64,000 nt of DNA, taken from an uncultured Verrucomicrobiae bacterium (GTDB lineage: Bacteria; Verrucomicrobiota; Verrucomicrobiia; Chthoniobacterales; Chthoniobacteraceae). How positions within the stretch are numbered: position 1 is the first letter of the stretch; every line of letters begins with the position of its first letter. Shown piece by piece: positions 60,604-64,000 of the stretch. The stretch lies in assembly GCA_963836755.1 (NCBI GenBank), contig CAWIKF010000002.1:448001-512000 (forward strand). The letters run 5' to 3'. The notes beneath the pieces were generated by a model, which was not told where the DNA came from, searched no databases, and was given only the letters and a program-made list of their open reading frames with translations. The translations under genes and the position numbers were made by a program.

Positions 60604-61244
60604 TACGCGGAGTAGGCGAGGTATGCGGTCGCGGCAGCCGCAAGCGATACCGCGAGCACGGCCCAGGTCAAAATATTGACAAGCGGGTCGGCGGCGGCGG
60701 GCTCAGCAGTTGCAGTCGTGGCCGCGGGAGTGATGGTGCGGACGGCGGCGGACGGCGCTTGCGACAACGGCTGCGTCTGCTGCATGCGAATGGTCGCCTG
60801 CGGCATTGCGCGCTTCGGTTCCGGTGTGACTTGAATGCGGGCCGTTTCTTTTTTCGGAGAGGCTGCTTTCATCGTGACCGGCGCAGCTTCCGCATAATTT
60901 GCGGCCTTCGGCACGGCGGGTGCAGTCGGCTTTGGCGGCGGTGCGATCGGCCGCGGCGTGGATGGCGGTGCGGGTGCCGGCCTCATCGCGGAAGGCGGAG
61001 TCGGAACGCTCGGCGCAGATGGCGGCGGCGTGAAAGGTTTTGGCGCGGGCGCTGGCGCGGCGGCTGGCGGTGGAGTAGCTGCCGCTGCTGCGGGCTCCGG
61101 CTCGGTTTTCTGGCTCATTCCCGGCGCATTGATGCGGACGGTTTCGCGTTTGACGCTCGGCGCCGAACTCGGTTTTGGCGGCAAAGTAATGCGAACGGTT
61201 TCTTTTTTCGGAGGAGTGGAACTGGAGGGTGTTTCGTCGGCCAT
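60603..61244 (-). CDS. Pro/Ala-rich disordered protein with C-terminal TM anchor
   Basis: repeated K[KR]ET[VA]RI; C-terminal [28 protein letters not shown] overlap with trxA. Confidence 0.8.
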   Translation of the reverse strand: MADETPSSSTPPKKETVRITLPPKPSSAPSVKRETVRINAPGMSQKTEPEPAAAAATPPPAAAPAPAPKPFTPPPSAPSVPTPPSAMRPAPAPPSTPRPIAPPPKPTAPAVPKAANYAEAAPVTMKAASPKKETARIQVTPEPKRAMPQATIRMQQTQPLSQAPSAAVRTITPAATTATAEPAAADPLVNILTWAVLAVSLAAAATAYLAYSA

Positions 61245-61293
61245 GGCTAATATTTGCTATCTCATTTGCTTGATTGATGTCAAACCACAAACC

Positions 61294-62418
61294 TCATCGC
61301 TCGTCAATCGGCATAACCTTTTTCCCAGCCTCGGGGCCGATGTATTCGCTCAGCGGGCGGAAAAGGCGGTTGTCCGCGAGCTGCTCGAGCACGTGCGCCG
61401 TCCATCCGCTCATGCGTGAGATCGCGAAGATCGGCGTGAAAAGATCGATCGGGATGCCGAGCGAATAATAAACGGTCGCCGAGTAAAAATCGACGTTTGC
61501 GTTCAAACCCTTCCGCTCTTTCATGATCTCCGCGATGCGCTCCGACATCTGAATCCATTTCGCCTCGCCGAGCTGGTCGGAAAGTTTGATCGCCATCGCC
61601 TTCAGATGCGGTGCGCGCGGATCCAGCACTTTGTAAACACGATGACCGATGCCCATGATCTTCTTCTTTTGCGCGAGAGCATCCGCGATCCATGCGTCGA
61701 CATTTTCCAGCTCGCCGATTTCCTGGAGCATGTGAATGACGCCTTCGTTCGCGCCGCCGTGCAGCGGCCCTTTCAACGCGCCGATCGCCGCGCTGATCGC
61801 GGAATACATGTCCGAGAGTGTGCTTGCGACGACGCGGGCGGTGAAAGTGGAGGCGTTGAAGCCGTGCTCCGCGTGCAGGACTAGCGCGACATCGAGCGTC
61901 TGCACCGCCTCTGCGCTTGGCTGTTCCTCGTTCATCAGCCAAAGAAAATGCGCCGCCTCGCTCAAGTCCTTGCGAATCGGCGGAAGTTCGCGCCCATTGC
62001 GCGCGCGGTGAAAATACGCGGCGATGACGCCGATCTGCGCGACGAGTTTGATCGCGATTGCCTCGTTTTCGCTCATGTCGAGATCGTGCCGGCTGGTCGG
62101 ATAGCAGCCGAGCATGCTCACCACCGTGCGCATGATGTCGATCGGCGCGGCGGACTTTGGCGCGGTCTTGATGAAATCGATCACGCCCTGCGGCAACTCA
62201 CGCTCGGCGCGCAGCGCGGTCGTCAATTTCTCGAGCTCGCGACGGTTCGGCAAATTGCCGTGCCAAAGCAGATAAACCACTTCCTCGTAGCTGACTTTGC
62301 CGGCGAGTTCATTGATATCGTATCCGCAATAAACGAGCTGCCCCTCGGCGCCGCGCACGTTTCCGATCCGGGTTTCCGCGGCGATGATTCCTTCGAGTCC
62401 TCTGGAGATAACAGGCAT
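61294..62418 (-). CDS. gltA: citrate synthase (short type; 2-methylcitrate synthase not excluded)
   Basis: GLEG, HAEHGFNASTF, GPLHGGANE, MGIGHRVYK..DPRA, NVDFYS. Confidence 0.9.
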   Translation of the reverse strand: MPVISRGLEGIIAAETRIGNVRGAEGQLVYCGYDINELAGKVSYEEVVYLLWHGNLPNRRELEKLTTALRAERELPQGVIDFIKTAPKSAAPIDIMRTVVSMLGCYPTSRHDLDMSENEAIAIKLVAQIGVIAAYFHRARNGRELPPIRKDLSEAAHFLWLMNEEQPSAEAVQTLDVALVLHAEHGFNASTFTARVVASTLSDMYSAISAAIGALKGPLHGGANEGVIHMLQEIGELENVDAWIADALAQKKKIMGIGHRVYKVLDPRAPHLKAMAIKLSDQLGEAKWIQMSERIAEIMKERKGLNANVDFYSATVYYSLGIPIDLFTPIFAISRMSGWTAHVLEQLADNRLFRPLSEYIGPEAGKKVMPIDER

Positions 62419-62447
62419 GGTTTGGGAAAAAAATTACGGTTTAAAAT

Positions 62448-63365
62448 TCACGCACGCGGTGACTTTTGCAAAGAGCGAATGTGTGCGATCAAAGTATCCG
62501 CCATCGTCGACGGCGTTTCCGCAACGGCGATTCCCGCCTCGCGCAACGCCTCGATCTTTCCGGCCGCAGTTCCTTTGCCGCCTGAAACAATCGCGCCCGC
62601 ATGTCCCATCCGCCGGCCGGCAGGCGCTGTCGTCCCCGCGATGAAAGCCGCAATCGGTTTGCGGCAATTTTCCTCTGCCCACGCCGCCGCTTCTTCTTCC
62701 GCTGTGCCGCCGATTTCGCCGATCATGATGATCGCCTCCGTCTCGGGATCGTCGTTAAACATTTGCAACATATCGCGATGCGAGGTGCCGTTCACCGGAT
62801 CGCCGCCGATTCCTACGCAGGTGCTCTGCCCGTAGCCGCGCGTCGTCAACTGCCACACCGCCTCATAAGTCAGCGTGCCTGACCGCGAAACCACGCCCAC
62901 ATTGCCTTTGCGGTGAATGTAACCCGGCGCGATGCCGATGCGGCAGCCACCGTGCGAATCCGGTCCAGTGCCGGGCGTGACGAGGCCTGGGCAGTTTGGC
63001 CCGATCAATCGCGTCCGCTGTCCGCGCATTGCCGCTTTCACTTTCACCATGTCATTGACCGGGATGCCCTCGGTGATCGCGACGACCAGATCGAGTCCCG
63101 CGTCCACGCCTTCCAAAATCGCATCGGCTGCGAATGGCGGCGGAACAAAAATGACCGCGACGGTTGCGCCGGTTTCCTTCGCCGCTTCAGAGACGGTGTC
63201 AAAAATCGGCACCGTGCTTTCAAATTTTTGTCCGCCTTTTCCCGGCGTCACGCCCGCGACGATTTGCGTTCCGTAATCGAGTGAAAGTTTCGCGTGTCTC
63301 GAGCCGAAGTCGCCGGTGATGCCCTGGACGAGGACGCGCGTGTTGGAATCTACAAGAATGGCCAT
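62448..63365 (-). CDS. sucD: succinyl-CoA synthetase alpha subunit
   Basis: [37 protein letters not shown]. Confidence 0.97.
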   Translation of the reverse strand: MAILVDSNTRVLVQGITGDFGSRHAKLSLDYGTQIVAGVTPGKGGQKFESTVPIFDTVSEAAKETGATVAVIFVPPPFAADAILEGVDAGLDLVVAITEGIPVNDMVKVKAAMRGQRTRLIGPNCPGLVTPGTGPDSHGGCRIGIAPGYIHRKGNVGVVSRSGTLTYEAVWQLTTRGYGQSTCVGIGGDPVNGTSHRDMLQMFNDDPETEAIIMIGEIGGTAEEEAAAWAEENCRKPIAAFIAGTTAPAGRRMGHAGAIVSGGKGTAAGKIEALREAGIAVAETPSTMADTLIAHIRSLQKSPRA

Positions 63366-63377
63366 TTAAGAGTTTGT

Positions 63378-63737
63378 TTACGCAGCGTTGCGCCGGTGAA
63401 TGAGAATTTTGTTTCCATCGGGATCGGAAATCATGCCGAAGCGGCAGATGGGCGAATCCATCGGCGCCATGGCGATCGTCACCCCTTTCGCTTCCAAATG
63501 CGCGAACTCCGCATCCACATCATCGACTTCAAACGCGACGCACGTCCCATTCGGCGAAGGCTGCCAGACTTCGCCGTAGCAGCCGATGCCGAACGTGGCG
63601 GCGCCGATTTCGTATTCGACCCACATGCCGCCCGCGGATTCCATCGCCGGCTTGAGCCCGAGCGTTTCCTCGTAAAATGCGCGCGCTCTTTTGATATCGG
63701 TGACTGGCGTGCCGGTGAATGCGATTTCCTTGATCAT
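63378..63737 (-). CDS. VOC/glyoxalase-bleomycin resistance family protein
   Basis: PV.D..RA..FYE..LGL, VAFEVDD, DPDGN. Confidence 0.9.
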   Translation of the reverse strand: MIKEIAFTGTPVTDIKRARAFYEETLGLKPAMESAGGMWVEYEIGAATFGIGCYGEVWQPSPNGTCVAFEVDDVDAEFAHLEAKGVTIAMAPMDSPICRFGMISDPDGNKILIHRRNAA

Positions 63738-64000
63738 TTGGTTTTAATGGATGCGACGATTTTTTGCGCAGCGTCGTCCAGCGAATCGGCGCTGATGACC
63801 GCGAGCCCGCTCTCGCGGATGATTTTTTTGCCCAGCTCGACGTTGGAACCTTCCAAACGGACCACCAGCGGAATGTTTAACTTCGTTTCCTGCACCGCCG
63901 CAAGCACGCCCTCGGCGATGATGTCACAGCGCATGATCCCGCCGAAAATATTGACGAGGATTCCGCGCACGTTCGGGTCGCCCATGATGATTTTGAAAGC
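63734..64000 (-). CDS. sucC: succinyl-CoA synthetase beta subunit, 3' part (truncated by the window edge)
   Basis: [22 protein letters not shown]. Confidence 0.95.
   Translation of the reverse strand, partial: AFKIIMGDPNVRGILVNIFGGIMRCDIIAEGVLAAVQETKLNIPLVVRLEGSNVELGKKIIRESGLAVISADSLDDAAQKIVASIKTK

Overview
Bacterial chromosomal window with high GC (roughly 60% by eye), densely coding, about 68 CDS. I found no rRNA, tRNA, CRISPR array, integrase or transposase. The gene repertoire (stand-alone SWIB and PUR proteins, large TPR lipoprotein-like protein, minor-pilin cassette, mostly SD-less leaders) suggests a PVC-superphylum organism, probably Verrucomicrobiota; this is inference. Most of the window is housekeeping: ppc, serS, xylB, tal, fabV, nth, trpS, mlaEFD, carB, folP, pta, trxA, citrate synthase and sucCD. 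The more notable parts are: (1) a phosphate-starvation locus with a PlcP/LpxH2-like phosphoesterase, a porin, EIIA plus ClC, and pstSCAB-phoU, carrying 11-bp-periodic Pho-box-like repeats; (2) a lower-GC PilV/PilW/PilX-like minor-pilin cassette and a distant pilT-pilT/U locus, each preceded by a sigma54 -24/-12 motif exactly 17 nt before the ATG; (3) a His-less DHp-receiver protein and a pseudo-receiver flanking the pilT pair; (4) a tail-anchored Pro-rich protein with repeated K[KR]ET[VA]RI motifs inside the sucCD-citrate synthase-trxA string; (5) an antisense gene that overlaps both neighbours and shares its start codon (CATG) with the RppH-like gene; (6) mntH/mntR with paired operator palindromes. 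All family assignments come from motif recognition by eye, not from database searches.
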